DNA from: a virus
Direction: 5' to 3' (one strand)
Virus record (IMG/VR): IMGVR_UViG_3300022670_000211
Location: 1-62,495 of that record
Length of the DNA stretch: 62,495 bases
Part shown: piece after piece, positions 14,597 to 24,969 of the stretch
Layout of the letters: each line of letters starts with the position of its first letter
Numbering within the stretch: position 1 is the first letter of the stretch
The notes under the pieces: model-generated
Database searches by the model: none
Seen by the model: the letters and a program-made list of their open reading frames with translations, nothing else
What the model was told of the DNA's origin: nothing
Program-made: the position numbers and the translations under genes

Positions 14597-16990
14597 ATGA
14601 GCGACGATAACTATAACGATAGCGATAATCATAGCGAGAGCGAAGCTAAGAAAAAAGCTAATATCAAAGCTGTAATTATCCAAGGCAAAGAACTGCACCT
14701 CGATATGGATGGCATTGACCTCGAACTCGATGCACTAGGCCTTGTTTTATCCGAGTCACGATCTGACGCGATTGATGGTCGTAGACAATCCGGCATTGAA
14801 GACGAATGGCTAGAAGATGAAGAATATTACGAAGGCGTCGACGACGCCAACCGTAGCGAGCTTAAAGCTTGGCGCGGAAAACCATTAGGGCAAAAAGTCA
14901 TTGAAGACCAAGACGACGCCCGCCAAGGTTCAACTATATTTTTAAACATTACTCGAGCATATGTCGACGCAGTATCAGCCCGTATGGGTGATATGATGTT
15001 GCCAATGGATGATAAGAGCTGGGCTATATCTCCAACCCCATTACCTGAAATGAAAAAATTGGCCGAAGGTAAACTACCTAAGGCTATAAAAGATTCTATT
15101 GCTAAAAATAAAAAGGAAGATGAACGCGAAAAACTAGAAGCAAGCGCCATCGACCAAGCTAAAGAAATAATGGCTCGAGCTAAAGAATCGGCCAAAAAAG
15201 CCGAAGATCAAATATGGGATTGGCATGTAGAATCACAGTTCAATAGTCATAACAGGCGATTAATTGAAGATGCAGCCAAAGTAGGATCAGGTATTCTTAA
15301 AGGTCCTATTCCAGTTAAGTCGAGCAAGCTTATCTTTAAAGACGGTAAGCTTAAACAAGTTGAAGAAATAAAACCCGCGTCTATCCGTATTTCCTACAGA
15401 AACTTTTATCCCGATCCGGCGTGTGGCGAAGATATCCACAGCGGTAACTATATATGGGAACGCGACGATATAACCCGTGCGGGCTTAATGAAACTTGTCG
15501 ACACCCCAGGTTATATTAATACTCAGATTAAAAAAGTGATCCAGCAAGGCCCAATGGCGGCCGAGGCTGATTTCACCTCAGAACAAAACCCAGGCCTAGC
15601 GGGCTACGGTGATACCACTAGAAAAAACTTATTTGAAATTTGGTATTACCATGGAACTATCAGCACTAAAGAATTGCTCACTGTTGATATTATGTCGAAA
15701 AAAGACAATATCAAATTTAAAGACGATGAAGAATTTGTACACGTACAAGTTACCATGGTTAATAACCATGTATTGAAAGCGACGGTATCCCATCTAGCAA
15801 ATGGTGAATTTCCTTACGATGTTATGGTATGGCAACGCCGATTAGGTATGCCGTTCGGTATTGGTGTGGGTAGACAGCTAAGACCAGCACAGCGCATTAT
15901 CGTTGGCGCTATGCGTCACATGATGGATAACGCTGGTGTCGCTGGCGGACCAATGCTGTATATAAACACCGATTTGGTGCAAGCTGCCGACGGCACTAAT
16001 GAAGTCCGGCCCTGGAAGGTGTTTGTCGCTGGTGATGGCGACGAGACCGATGGTCTTAGAGCTAAAGACGGTATCCAGTTTATAATAGCGCCTATGATTC
16101 AAGAAGAATTACAGAACATTATAGAGCTAGGCCTAAAATTGGCCGAAGATATCACGGGTTTACCGCTTATCATGCAAGGCCAAACTAACGCGGCTACTCC
16201 TGAGACTCTAGGCGGCATGATGCTGCAGAATTATAACGCGTCCTCAGTCTTGCGCCGTGTTGCGCGTTTATACGATGATATCGTTACTACGCCTCATATT
16301 AGACGGTATTACAAGCATATACTGCAGCATGTTAAAGACGATTCGATGAAAGGCGACTTTAATATCGACGCTCGCGGTTCTTCTGCCTTGATTGAGAAAG
16401 ATGCAGCTAACCAAGCATTGTTACAGCTTGGCGAGTATATGAACAATCCGATATACAAAAAAGACCCTCAAAAATGGCTTGATAAAGTGCTGAGAGCACA
16501 TCATATCGATCCCGAAGCATTGAACTATGATGACGAAGAGTGGCAAAAAATTGTAGAACAACTGGCACAACCTCAAGCAGATCCTAAACTTGAGATTGAA
16601 CAGCTTAGGCAGCAGACAGTTATGGCACTAGAACAGTTTAGAGCAGAAAGAACCGCCGAAACTAAACAGTTTGACGCGCAAACAGCAGCACAAGCCAAAG
16701 AGAAAGAAATGCAGTTTAAGGCTTATCAAGAGCAGCTTAAAACGCAAAGCGACGATAAAAATAAAGAGTTCCAACTTGGTCTTAAACAAATGGAACAAGA
16801 CTTTACAGCCGCACTAGCACAAATGACTGAATCCGGTGTTAGTATTCGTCACGTAGATATGATTAAACAAAAAGTAAACGATACAGTACTGAAACTACAG
16901 GCTCAAATTAGCCTAAACGATACGGACGTTGCTACCCCAGTTGTCGAACCAGACGGGCGAGCGCCCGATGGTGACGCCTTCGAAAAATAG
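14597..16990 (+). CDS. portal protein
   Basis: 797 aa, positioned after TerL and before scaffold and capsid; has a long C-terminal coiled-coil (QLRQQTVMALEQFRAE...). Confidence 0.7.
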   Translation: MSDDNYNDSDNHSESEAKKKANIKAVIIQGKELHLDMDGIDLELDALGLVLSESRSDAIDGRRQSGIEDEWLEDEEYYEGVDDANRSELKAWRGKPLGQKVIEDQDDARQGSTIFLNITRAYVDAVSARMGDMMLPMDDKSWAISPTPLPEMKKLAEGKLPKAIKDSIAKNKKEDEREKLEASAIDQAKEIMARAKESAKKAEDQIWDWHVESQFNSHNRRLIEDAAKVGSGILKGPIPVKSSKLIFKDGKLKQVEEIKPASIRISYRNFYPDPACGEDIHSGNYIWERDDITRAGLMKLVDTPGYINTQIKKVIQQGPMAAEADFTSEQNPGLAGYGDTTRKNLFEIWYYHGTISTKELLTVDIMSKKDNIKFKDDEEFVHVQVTMVNNHVLKATVSHLANGEFPYDVMVWQRRLGMPFGIGVGRQLRPAQRIIVGAMRHMMDNAGVAGGPMLYINTDLVQAADGTNEVRPWKVFVAGDGDETDGLRAKDGIQFIIAPMIQEELQNIIELGLKLAEDITGLPLIMQGQTNAATPETLGGMMLQNYNASSVLRRVARLYDDIVTTPHIRRYYKHILQHVKDDSMKGDFNIDARGSSALIEKDAANQALLQLGEYMNNPIYKKDPQKWLDKVLRAHHIDPEALNYDDEEWQKIVEQLAQPQADPKLEIEQLRQQTVMALEQFRAERTAETKQFDAQTAAQAKEKEMQFKAYQEQLKTQSDDKNKEFQLGLKQMEQDFTAALAQMTESGVSIRHVDMIKQKVNDTVLKLQAQISLNDTDVATPVVEPDGRAPDGDAFEK

Positions 16991-17088
16991 GAAGTTCCCC
17001 CTAATGACGGTTATACTATTAATTATGGTCTTCTGCGTATGCGGAGGCCTAATTTGTGAATACCTCGAACGTAATAGGAAATACTAAT

Positions 17089-17484
17089 ATGATCAATAAA
17101 CACGCGTGTAACTGCCAGTTTTGCGATAAAGAAATGCTGGCCGAAAACATGGCCACTATGGTATGCGGCTATATAACTTGCGGCGCTCACCAGTGCCAGA
17201 TTGAAGCCGAAAATGTCACCACACATTTTATACGCGAGGAAATATCGAAAGTCGAGCATAATGCCCGAGTGTTAGTTTTCTCCACAAAAACACCGGAAGA
17301 CGATAAGACTTGGCGCTTGGTAGTCCAAAAAGATCATCCCGCAGCAATGAAAGATGTTCATGTTATGGGTCAAATGCAAGCGGGCCATTTTATGTACCTT
17401 GAAGACGAGAAAATATATTTCTGTGTTAAGTCTCCTAGCGAAGTTCTTAAAGACGTAACAGCGGGGCTCGCCGATGCCAGCTAA
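17089..17484 (+). CDS. Cys-rich hypothetical protein (131 aa)
   Basis: The ATG at 17089 has AGGAA 8 nt upstream; CNCQFC...CGYITCGAHQC cluster; the track ORF starts at a GTG at 17056. Confidence 0.55.
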   Translation: MINKHACNCQFCDKEMLAENMATMVCGYITCGAHQCQIEAENVTTHFIREEISKVEHNARVLVFSTKTPEDDKTWRLVVQKDHPAAMKDVHVMGQMQAGHFMYLEDEKIYFCVKSPSEVLKDVTAGLADAS

Positions 17485-17698
17485 AGAACCCTTATTAAGC
17501 GACCAGGACCTAATGAATCCAGCCGTGATAAAAATAATAGAGTATTTTGACGATAGGTTGACTAAACTAAGGTTAGATAACGATAGCGTTAAAGCTGACC
17601 CAAATATTAGAGGCAATATAGCTGAGATAAAAAAGTTTAAAAAAGCTGTATATCCTAAACAGCATAATGAAACGAATGGTCGCGTACACACCATGTAA
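17474..17698 (+). CDS. hypothetical protein (74 aa)
   Basis: ORF. Confidence 0.5.
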   Translation: MPAKEPLLSDQDLMNPAVIKIIEYFDDRLTKLRLDNDSVKADPNIRGNIAEIKKFKKAVYPKQHNETNGRVHTM

Positions 17699-17715
17699 TT
17701 GAGGAAAAAATAACG

Positions 17716-18762
17716 ATGGCTAAAGCATCCGTAGCAAAAGTAGAAGAAGCTTTCACCGCAGGGTACGAAGATAAAGAAATCGACCTTAGCGCTGAGCTTG
17801 ACGAAACACCAACAGCCGCAGAACTTGCCGCTGCAACTAAAAATGACTTGGAGGCTAATAAGCCAGAAATTAAAGATAAGGCCCCTGGGGCCGGCGACGA
17901 AATTAAAGATAAAGTAGAAGTTGATGAATGGGCCGGTGTGCCAGTAGCTATCAGAGAAAAGTTTGAAGCTATGAACGCCAACCTAACAAAAGTTCAAAAC
18001 ATAGCTAATTCAGCCTCGGGCCGGGCTAACAAACTTCAAGGTCGATTAGATAAACAAGAAAATCAAGCACCCGAAATAAAACCGGTATTAACTAGCGAAG
18101 AATTGCTAGGTGCAATGACCAATAAAGATAAGCGTGAAACGCTACGCGAAGAGTTTAGCGAATTCGCTGCAGCCCTTGACGAGATTGACGAATCCGTAAG
18201 TACGTCAGTCGGTGCAGCCATCGATAAATTGCAGATAGAAATGCGCGCAGAGGCTAAGACAATCAACGCCGCGTCTATGGCCGAACTCGAAATTAAGCGT
18301 ACACTTGACATTAAGCACCCTGGGTGGGAAAATACCGTCCAAGATGACAAGTTTAAATCCTGGGTTTACGAAGGTGGACCAGGCAAGCAAGAAAGTGATT
18401 ACTACGACAGTTTAGTATTTCAGGCTCACCAAGCCGAACCAGCCGACAAAGCCGCTTTATTTGGAACCGCCAAGAAATATTTTGATAGTTTGGTAGATGG
18501 TCACCCGGTTTGGGCAGAAGAAAAAGGCAAGTTATTCGGCGATTCGTCGGGTGAAGCTGCAATCTCAATGCTCGACAAATTTGTAAAAGATAACCTTGCC
18601 CCAGCGCCGACAGCCGAAGAACTGGCAGCGGCAGCGCAGCAAGACGAAGAAGAGAATATATTCGAAGCTAATTTAGTACCCACTAGAGGCAACAGCCATA
18701 AGGCACCCGTCGCCACTACTGACGCAGTAAATAAAGCTTTCTTAGATGGTTTCAAGAGTTAA
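17716..18762 (+). CDS. scaffolding protein (candidate)
   Basis: Acidic and Ala/Glu/Lys-rich with predicted helical composition; lies immediately upstream of the capsid gene. Confidence 0.6.
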   Translation: MAKASVAKVEEAFTAGYEDKEIDLSAELDETPTAAELAAATKNDLEANKPEIKDKAPGAGDEIKDKVEVDEWAGVPVAIREKFEAMNANLTKVQNIANSASGRANKLQGRLDKQENQAPEIKPVLTSEELLGAMTNKDKRETLREEFSEFAAALDEIDESVSTSVGAAIDKLQIEMRAEAKTINAASMAELEIKRTLDIKHPGWENTVQDDKFKSWVYEGGPGKQESDYYDSLVFQAHQAEPADKAALFGTAKKYFDSLVDGHPVWAEEKGKLFGDSSGEAAISMLDKFVKDNLAPAPTAEELAAAAQQDEEENIFEANLVPTRGNSHKAPVATTDAVNKAFLDGFKS

Positions 18763-18900
18763 CCTATATACTCTAGTATCAGCGCGGTAGCCCTGAGAGA
18801 TTTAACAGTAAACGGTTTTACCCTTTATTGAGAAGATAAAAGTTTTTGGCGAAATGCCAATTTTCTTAATTTATATTTTTATATATTGGAGTAAAACCTA

Positions 18901-19953
18901 ATGGGTATAGTTTCCTATGATAGCAACACCCCTCGAATTGCTAAGACAAAGGGTGAAATTTTAAAACATGCGATCCCTCGTATGGTCCTGTCTATTACTG
19001 GTCGTCAACATAAGATCGGTAAAAATATGTCGGACACTGTTGTATTCCGTCGTTGGTTACCGTTTGGTGGCGCGACTACTGATTCATCTACCATTAACAA
19101 CTGGGTAGTTGATCCTAATACGCATTTGACAACCGACGGTGTTACACCGGTTGCAGATACGATTACACCACAAGATATTTCTGTGCAACTTAATCAGTAT
19201 AGCTGTCTGTATGCTTATACCGACAAAACTGCTGACTTGTACGAAGATGATATCCCTAAGCCTATGATGAAACAAGCCGGTCAACGTATGGGCCTTGTTA
19301 AAGAATTAGTTGCTTATGGTGTACTTAAAGCAAGTACTAATAAATTTTATGCGGGTGGTACTTCCCGTGCAACAGTTGATGCTACCGTATCGTTAAACCG
19401 TTTACGGAATATTACTCGTTCTTTAGAAGCTAACCGAGCTGACCAAATTACCGAAGTAATCCAGGCGTCACCTAATTATAATACGACACCTATCGAGTCA
19501 GGTTATCTAGTATTTGTAGATACCGATATGGCTCATGATATACGTGAAATTGAAGGTTTCACCAAAGCTGCTGAATACGGTAGCATTGGCATGAAAGCGC
19601 ATCCCCGCGAATTGGGTGCCGTCGATGAATATCGCTTCATTACATCACCGGAATTAGGCCCTGCTCTTGCGAGTGGTGCGGCTGTCGGTACTACGGGCCT
19701 AGTGTCTGTTGGTGCGGCTAACGTTGATGTGTACTTTATGATTATCGTTGCGGAAGACGCTTGGGGCGACGTAGCCTTACGTGGCTTAGATGGTTTCAGC
19801 TTAACTCACTTGTCTCACAAACTGAAAGATAAGAATGATCCATTAGGTCAACGTGGTTATGTTGGTGGTAAGTTCTGGTGTGCTCCCTTCATGCAAAATG
19901 ATGGTTGGGCCGCAGTACTAGAAGTTGGTGCAACTGCTCTAGCTGATACCTAG
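18901..19953 (+). CDS. major capsid protein (HK97 fold, resembles the N4-gp56 type)
   Basis: 350 aa with a strong GGAG RBS; position after the scaffold; sequence pattern IGKNMSDTVVFRRW...DGVTP..DTITPQDISVQLNQY; a hairpin follows the stop. Confidence 0.75.
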   Translation: MGIVSYDSNTPRIAKTKGEILKHAIPRMVLSITGRQHKIGKNMSDTVVFRRWLPFGGATTDSSTINNWVVDPNTHLTTDGVTPVADTITPQDISVQLNQYSCLYAYTDKTADLYEDDIPKPMMKQAGQRMGLVKELVAYGVLKASTNKFYAGGTSRATVDATVSLNRLRNITRSLEANRADQITEVIQASPNYNTTPIESGYLVFVDTDMAHDIREIEGFTKAAEYGSIGMKAHPRELGAVDEYRFITSPELGPALASGAAVGTTGLVSVGAANVDVYFMIIVAEDAWGDVALRGLDGFSLTHLSHKLKDKNDPLGQRGYVGGKFWCAPFMQNDGWAAVLEVGATALADT

Positions 19954-20015
19954 AACTTAAAGCAGTCCTTAGGGGCTGCTTAAACCCATATTAAATTTTT
20001 TGAGGTAAACAAACC

Positions 20016-20489
20016 ATGAATAATCCCAACCTAAACCTAGGTGGTACTCTTAGCTTAGCGAATGTGCTAATAAAAGCAGGTACCACTACTACTTATGACC
20101 TTGATGTTTCATCATGTGTTATAGACGGTAAGTACGCGGTAGTACTCGCGGCTTCGACGACTCGCGCTGCACCGACAACTGATGCCAATACAGGTATTGC
20201 GTTTGTGACTGTTGCTGATGACAAAGGCTGCGCTTTAGTAGCCGGTGTTAATGCTGCTGGTGCATTCGCAGTAATCCAAGGTGATATCAAAGATATGGAG
20301 GTAGGCACTTTAGAATTTATAACTGCCCCGCCATTCCCAAGTCTACCAGCCGATTTCTGCCCTATAGGCTATGTTATCTGTAAAAACGATAGTGGCTCTG
20401 ATTACATTCCAGGGACTACGGCTTGGACGGCTATCGACGTAACTTTCGTTGATATAGCAATGATGCCTGATCGTCCGCAAGAGTCTTAG
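20016..20489 (+). CDS. possible capsid decoration or head-associated protein (157 aa)
   Basis: Position right after the capsid gene; Ala/Thr/Val-rich beta-type composition. Confidence 0.4.
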   Translation: MNNPNLNLGGTLSLANVLIKAGTTTTYDLDVSSCVIDGKYAVVLAASTTRAAPTTDANTGIAFVTVADDKGCALVAGVNAAGAFAVIQGDIKDMEVGTLEFITAPPFPSLPADFCPIGYVICKNDSGSDYIPGTTAWTAIDVTFVDIAMMPDRPQES

Positions 20490-20504
20490 GATTCTAAAGT
20501 ATAT

Positions 20505-20541
20505 AACCACTGTTAGGCTGAAAGGCTTATCAGTGGTTTTT
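20505..20541 (+). terminator. Candidate rho-independent terminator
   Basis: Stem aaccactg/cagtggtt with an 18-nt loop, then TTTTT. Confidence 0.5.
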
Positions 20542-20592
20542 GTATATTAGGGGCTATACTTAAAGGGAACTAGCAACCAAGAGGTAAACCCC

Positions 20593-20790
20593 ATGGCTAA
20601 ACCACAAGCAAAAACTACTGCAGCAAAAAACGATAAAAACGATAAAAAAGAAGATCCAAACGTACCAATGCCGCCAAGCGTCACATACTCGGTTGAAGAT
20701 ATTAACCAAGTAATGAATTATCTCGGCAATCGACCTTATGTAGAGGTTGCGGGATTAATTCAAATTATGCAATCTGGCAAAAGTTCATAG
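20593..20790 (+). CDS. hypothetical protein (65 aa)
   Basis: ORF with AGAGG upstream. Confidence 0.55.
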   Translation: MAKPQAKTTAAKNDKNDKKEDPNVPMPPSVTYSVEDINQVMNYLGNRPYVEVAGLIQIMQSGKSS

Positions 20791-20802
20791 TTAGAATTTA
20801 TG

Positions 20803-20811
20803 TGGTATACT
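20803..20811 (+). promoter_or_regulatory. Extended -10 promoter candidate
   Basis: TGgTATACT, 72 nt before the ATG at 20883. Confidence 0.4.
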
Positions 20812-20882
20812 GAAAATCCAATCCTCCTTAAACTAATTCTGGTATCGGGGGTAGAACTTCCAACGTAAAAAGGAATGAGATC

Positions 20883-21392
20883 ATGAAAGGTACACAAAGA
20901 GCAAGAAATATAACGATTACGGACAAGTTAACACTAGGTATTAACGCGGTTGTGCGATTAAAAAAACCAGGTAACGAAGGGTATGACATATTACTACCTT
21001 TTAGCAGTAACCACGCTGTTTTAACTACCACGAAAGCGATAGCGTCAAGCGAAAGCGGTACGCATTTTATACTAAACACAGCGACAGCTTTTGTTACTAC
21101 GTTACCTGCTCCTGCAGTTGGCTTAGAGTATTTCTTCCATATTGGCGCGACTGCGCCGACTACTACGCATACGGTGGTTACTAATGGTAGTGCTAACATC
21201 ATCCAAGGTAACATAACATCGCCAGAAGACGCGGCGGGTGCTGTAGCTACCGTAGCTGATGCTGACGTTATCTCATTCGTAGCTAACTTAGCCCTCCATG
21301 GTGATTTTGCCCATGTATGGTCCGACGGTACTGATTGGTACCTAGACGGAATGTGTAAAGTACAAGATGGTATGACAACGACTTCTACCTAG
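20883..21392 (+). CDS. hypothetical virion-module protein (169 aa)
   Basis: ORF with AGGAATGAG upstream. Confidence 0.55.
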   Translation: MKGTQRARNITITDKLTLGINAVVRLKKPGNEGYDILLPFSSNHAVLTTTKAIASSESGTHFILNTATAFVTTLPAPAVGLEYFFHIGATAPTTTHTVVTNGSANIIQGNITSPEDAAGAVATVADADVISFVANLALHGDFAHVWSDGTDWYLDGMCKVQDGMTTTST

Positions 21393-21418
21393 TCTATGAT
21401 TAGGGGGTAGTCTTGAAC

Positions 21419-21457
21419 AAGCTAAGTTAACCTATATGTTAACTTAGCTTTATTTTA
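21419..21457 (+). terminator. Strong rho-independent terminator
   Basis: 13-bp perfect stem aagctaagttaac/gttaacttagctt, loop ctatat, then TATTTT. Confidence 0.8.
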
Positions 21458-21478
21458 ACTAGTAAGGAATTACCCCTC

Positions 21479-22144
21479 ATGACAGACAAAAAACCCACTA
21501 AATCCGTATTAAGCCTAAAAGTACTGCAGTCACAAATTGCAGAATCTAATGATAAAAATGAAGCTTCTAACAAAGTTGTAGATCTCCAAATAGGTCAAAT
21601 GAAAGACTCTATCGAACTAATTCTAAAAGCGGTTAGTGCCAAAAATGTTCCTGCAAGTATCACTAAAGACGGTCCTCATTCAGAAGACGTTTATCTTGGC
21701 TTAGACAAAGTAGATATCGAATTTGCCGAAAATGGCGATATTCATGCTGATGTAGAAGTGGTGCGCCCAGGTATAGCAAGTGTCGATAGCATGGAATTCA
21801 AAGAAAAAGCGGATCAAACTCAGTTTGATCTGGAAAAACTACAGGTAATGGTTATGCCTTCCGCGTCAACTTATCCTGATCATACGTTTTTTGTCGGTGT
21901 TAATGGCAGACAATTATTAATCATACGTGGCCAAAGACAATGGTTACCCCGCAATTACGTTGAAGTGCTATTACGCGCTAAGATTTCATCTTATGCCAAC
22001 GTAGAACGCCGTAACGCGGCTAATGAACTAGAAGTAGTTTACCCTGAGACTAAATCTCACAGATACCCATTGCAGATCTTGCAGGATCACAACCCTCTAG
22101 GAACAAAATGGCTAGAACGTGTGGCCAACGATACAAGGACTTAA
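21479..22144 (+). CDS. hypothetical virion-module protein (221 aa)
   Basis: ORF. Confidence 0.6.
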   Translation: MTDKKPTKSVLSLKVLQSQIAESNDKNEASNKVVDLQIGQMKDSIELILKAVSAKNVPASITKDGPHSEDVYLGLDKVDIEFAENGDIHADVEVVRPGIASVDSMEFKEKADQTQFDLEKLQVMVMPSASTYPDHTFFVGVNGRQLLIIRGQRQWLPRNYVEVLLRAKISSYANVERRNAANELEVVYPETKSHRYPLQILQDHNPLGTKWLERVANDTRT

Positions 22145-22150
22145 AAACTA

Positions 22151-22876
22151 ATGGCGACGTTTCTAAAAATTTGTCAAGATGTAGCCCGCGAATGTGGTGT
22201 AGCTGGTGGTGCTGATGCAAACCCTAAGCCTACTGCAGTACTCGGCCAAACCGGTGAACTTAATCGAATAGTTAACTGGGTCCGGGACGCTTACGAAGAA
22301 ATACAGGGTAGTGAAAACTTCCGCTGGAACCGTAGGAGTTTTGAGGTTAATACCGTAGACGGCACCGGTGTTTATACTTTCGGAGATTGTACCGATGTTA
22401 GGGACGCGGCGGTAATATCACGTTTTAAGCTATGGAGACTTGACGATCTTAGAAACCCGCCTAAAATATTTTTAACATCTAACGGGGTCGGTGGTCAAAT
22501 TCTACTAACCTGGTCTCCGTGGGATAGCTTCGAATATTTATATAAAACTGGGGCGTTACAATCCCAAACGTCGCAGCCAATACACATAACCGTTAACCCG
22601 AATGATGAAATTGAGTTAGGTATAGTGCCTAATGATATTTATACGCTTAGGGGTGACTATCATAGGTCGGCACAAATTTTAGCAGCCGATGCAGACGTAC
22701 CAGAAATGCCAGCTCAGTACCATTCGTTGATAAAATACGAGGCGATGATATCATACGCGACGTTCGAATCCGCGCCCGAGATTTTGACGCGAGGTATGAA
22801 AGGTAAAAAACGTATTAATAACCAGCTTAAACGGAATCAATCACAGCCGTTTAGTCACGCAGGGCCTCTAGCATGA
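22151..22876 (+). CDS. virion structural protein (head-tail adaptor or tail tube candidate, 241 aa)
   Basis: ORF; function inferred from position only. Confidence 0.5.
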   Translation: MATFLKICQDVARECGVAGGADANPKPTAVLGQTGELNRIVNWVRDAYEEIQGSENFRWNRRSFEVNTVDGTGVYTFGDCTDVRDAAVISRFKLWRLDDLRNPPKIFLTSNGVGGQILLTWSPWDSFEYLYKTGALQSQTSQPIHITVNPNDEIELGIVPNDIYTLRGDYHRSAQILAADADVPEMPAQYHSLIKYEAMISYATFESAPEILTRGMKGKKRINNQLKRNQSQPFSHAGPLA

Positions 22877-24945
22877 CAAAAATAAAATTAGCGGAGCCTA
22901 AATTCGATTATCTAAAATTTACCGGAGGCTATGACACGGAAACTAAACCGTGGAACGCTAAAGGCGGTAAGCTTAGAGAATCCCAAAATTACGAAATGTC
23001 GATCAATGACCAAGGGTACACGGATATTGAAGGTTATGAGATATTCGACGGTAACCCGGCTCCCTCTTCTGCGCCATATTTTATTTTAGACGTTACGATC
23101 ACTGGCGAATTTTCAGTAGGCGACACGATCACTCAGCTAACATCAGGTGCTACCGCGGTAGTTCTTCAAGTAGTTACTAGTGAGACACCTAATTATTTAG
23201 TTATCACCAAAGTAACTGGCACTTTCGATGCGACGAACGATTTACAAGTATCGGCGTCAACCGAAGGTACCGCGTCATCATTAGCAAGACGAAGCGGCGC
23301 GTCTACATCATTATTAAACGCCCAATTTTTAAACCTAGCCGCTGACGAATTCCGAAGCGATATAAGCGCGGTCCCAGGGTCCGGAGCTATTCTAGGTATT
23401 TATCAGCTAGATGATATATGGTTTGCATTTAGAAATAATGCTGGTGGTACCGCAGCCGATTTGTATAAGTCATCTGCGTCGGGTTGGGTACAAGTAACCT
23501 TAGGCCGAGAACTCTCTTTTACGTCCGGCGGCACTTATGAAGTAGCCGAAGGCGATGTAATAACCGGTGAGGTCTCAGGAGCTACAGCCACAATAACTAG
23601 GATAGTGCTAGAATCGGGCTCGCTTTTAGGTGGTGACTCTGCAGGTAGATACATTTTCGCTTCACAGACAGGTACTTTTCAGGCCGAAACACTTAAAGTA
23701 GGTGCTAACCTCAACGTAGCGACGATAGCCGCTGATAGTAGCGCTATAGTGCAGTTACCGGGCGGTCATTATGAAATGGTGCGGAATAATTTTGGTGGTA
23801 TTGCGGGGGCTTTACGAATATATGGGGCTGACGGCGTTAACCGAGGCTTTGAATTCGATGGTACCGTTTTTGTACCTATTGATACAGGTATTGCTAGCGA
23901 TACCCCGTTGCATGTTATTGTACATAAAAAGCATTTATTTTTTTCTTTTAGTGGGTCCGCTCAACATTCAGGGATCGGAGCCCCGTACATATTTAGCCCT
24001 ATATTCGGTGCGGCAGAATTAGCCACCGGCGATACGATAACCGGTTTTATGTCCGAACCTGGGTCCGAAGGCGCAGCTACCTTAGGTATATATAATAGAA
24101 ATACAGTTCACATGCTGTATGGTACTTCTGTGCTAGATTGGAATCTCGTAACGTTTAGGGATGAGCTAGGCGCATTCGATTACTCAATACAACAATTTGG
24201 CCAAACTATGTATTTAGATGACCGTGGCCTAACTACTTTCCGAACTGTACAAGCCCATGGTAACTTTCAACAAGCAACCGTTTCAAGGCATATACAAAGA
24301 TTTATAAATACTAAACGTACCATCGTTAGTGCTTCATGTATCGCGCGTGACAAAAACCAGTATCGTATATTTTTCTCAGATAAAACCGGTTTATATGTTA
24401 CGACAGAAGGTAAAAAAGTCGTAGGATTAATGCCTATATTATTTACGGATAATGTTAGCGTTATATCATCGCTTGAAGATAACACGGGCGTAGAAATAAT
24501 AATGTTTGGGTCGTCTAATGGCAAAGTGTACCAATTAGATAAAGGCACTTCATTTGATGGTGAGCCGATAGAAGCGTTTATGAAAACCTTTTTCCATTTT
24601 TCTAAGTCTATTAGGGTTAATAAAAAATACTTAGGGCTTACTTTAGAGGCTACCGGCGATGGTTACGCGGAATTTAACTTTACAACTGAATTAGGGTATA
24701 ATTCCACCGACATATCTCAGTCAGGAACGCAAGACCAGATATTACCTTTAGGTACAGTATTTTGGGATTCTTTCGTATGGGATGCGTTTATATGGGATGG
24801 CGTTACGTTAAACCCCACTAATATAAAACTAGAAGGTAGTGCGGAAAATATATCATTAGTCATAAGAAAAAATAGCGATTTTTTCTTTCCTGTGAGTATA
24901 ACCGGGGCTATGATCCGATACTCTTTTAGGCGACAATTAAGATAA
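22873..24945 (+). CDS. large tail structural protein (690 aa; tubular or nozzle candidate)
   Basis: ORF with a 4-nt overlap on the previous gene; function inferred from position only. Confidence 0.5.
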   Translation: MTKIKLAEPKFDYLKFTGGYDTETKPWNAKGGKLRESQNYEMSINDQGYTDIEGYEIFDGNPAPSSAPYFILDVTITGEFSVGDTITQLTSGATAVVLQVVTSETPNYLVITKVTGTFDATNDLQVSASTEGTASSLARRSGASTSLLNAQFLNLAADEFRSDISAVPGSGAILGIYQLDDIWFAFRNNAGGTAADLYKSSASGWVQVTLGRELSFTSGGTYEVAEGDVITGEVSGATATITRIVLESGSLLGGDSAGRYIFASQTGTFQAETLKVGANLNVATIAADSSAIVQLPGGHYEMVRNNFGGIAGALRIYGADGVNRGFEFDGTVFVPIDTGIASDTPLHVIVHKKHLFFSFSGSAQHSGIGAPYIFSPIFGAAELATGDTITGFMSEPGSEGAATLGIYNRNTVHMLYGTSVLDWNLVTFRDELGAFDYSIQQFGQTMYLDDRGLTTFRTVQAHGNFQQATVSRHIQRFINTKRTIVSASCIARDKNQYRIFFSDKTGLYVTTEGKKVVGLMPILFTDNVSVISSLEDNTGVEIIMFGSSNGKVYQLDKGTSFDGEPIEAFMKTFFHFSKSIRVNKKYLGLTLEATGDGYAEFNFTTELGYNSTDISQSGTQDQILPLGTVFWDSFVWDAFIWDGVTLNPTNIKLEGSAENISLVIRKNSDFFFPVSITGAMIRYSFRRQLR

Positions 24946-24969
24946 TTATTATTAAGGACCGGTATCACA

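Noticed and set aside
22755-22775. A tRNA T-arm-like string gttcgaatcc, as part of a general tRNA scan
   Set aside because: It lies inside the 22151-22876 CDS with no acceptor or anticodon arms around it. I found no cloverleaf candidate in any intergenic region.
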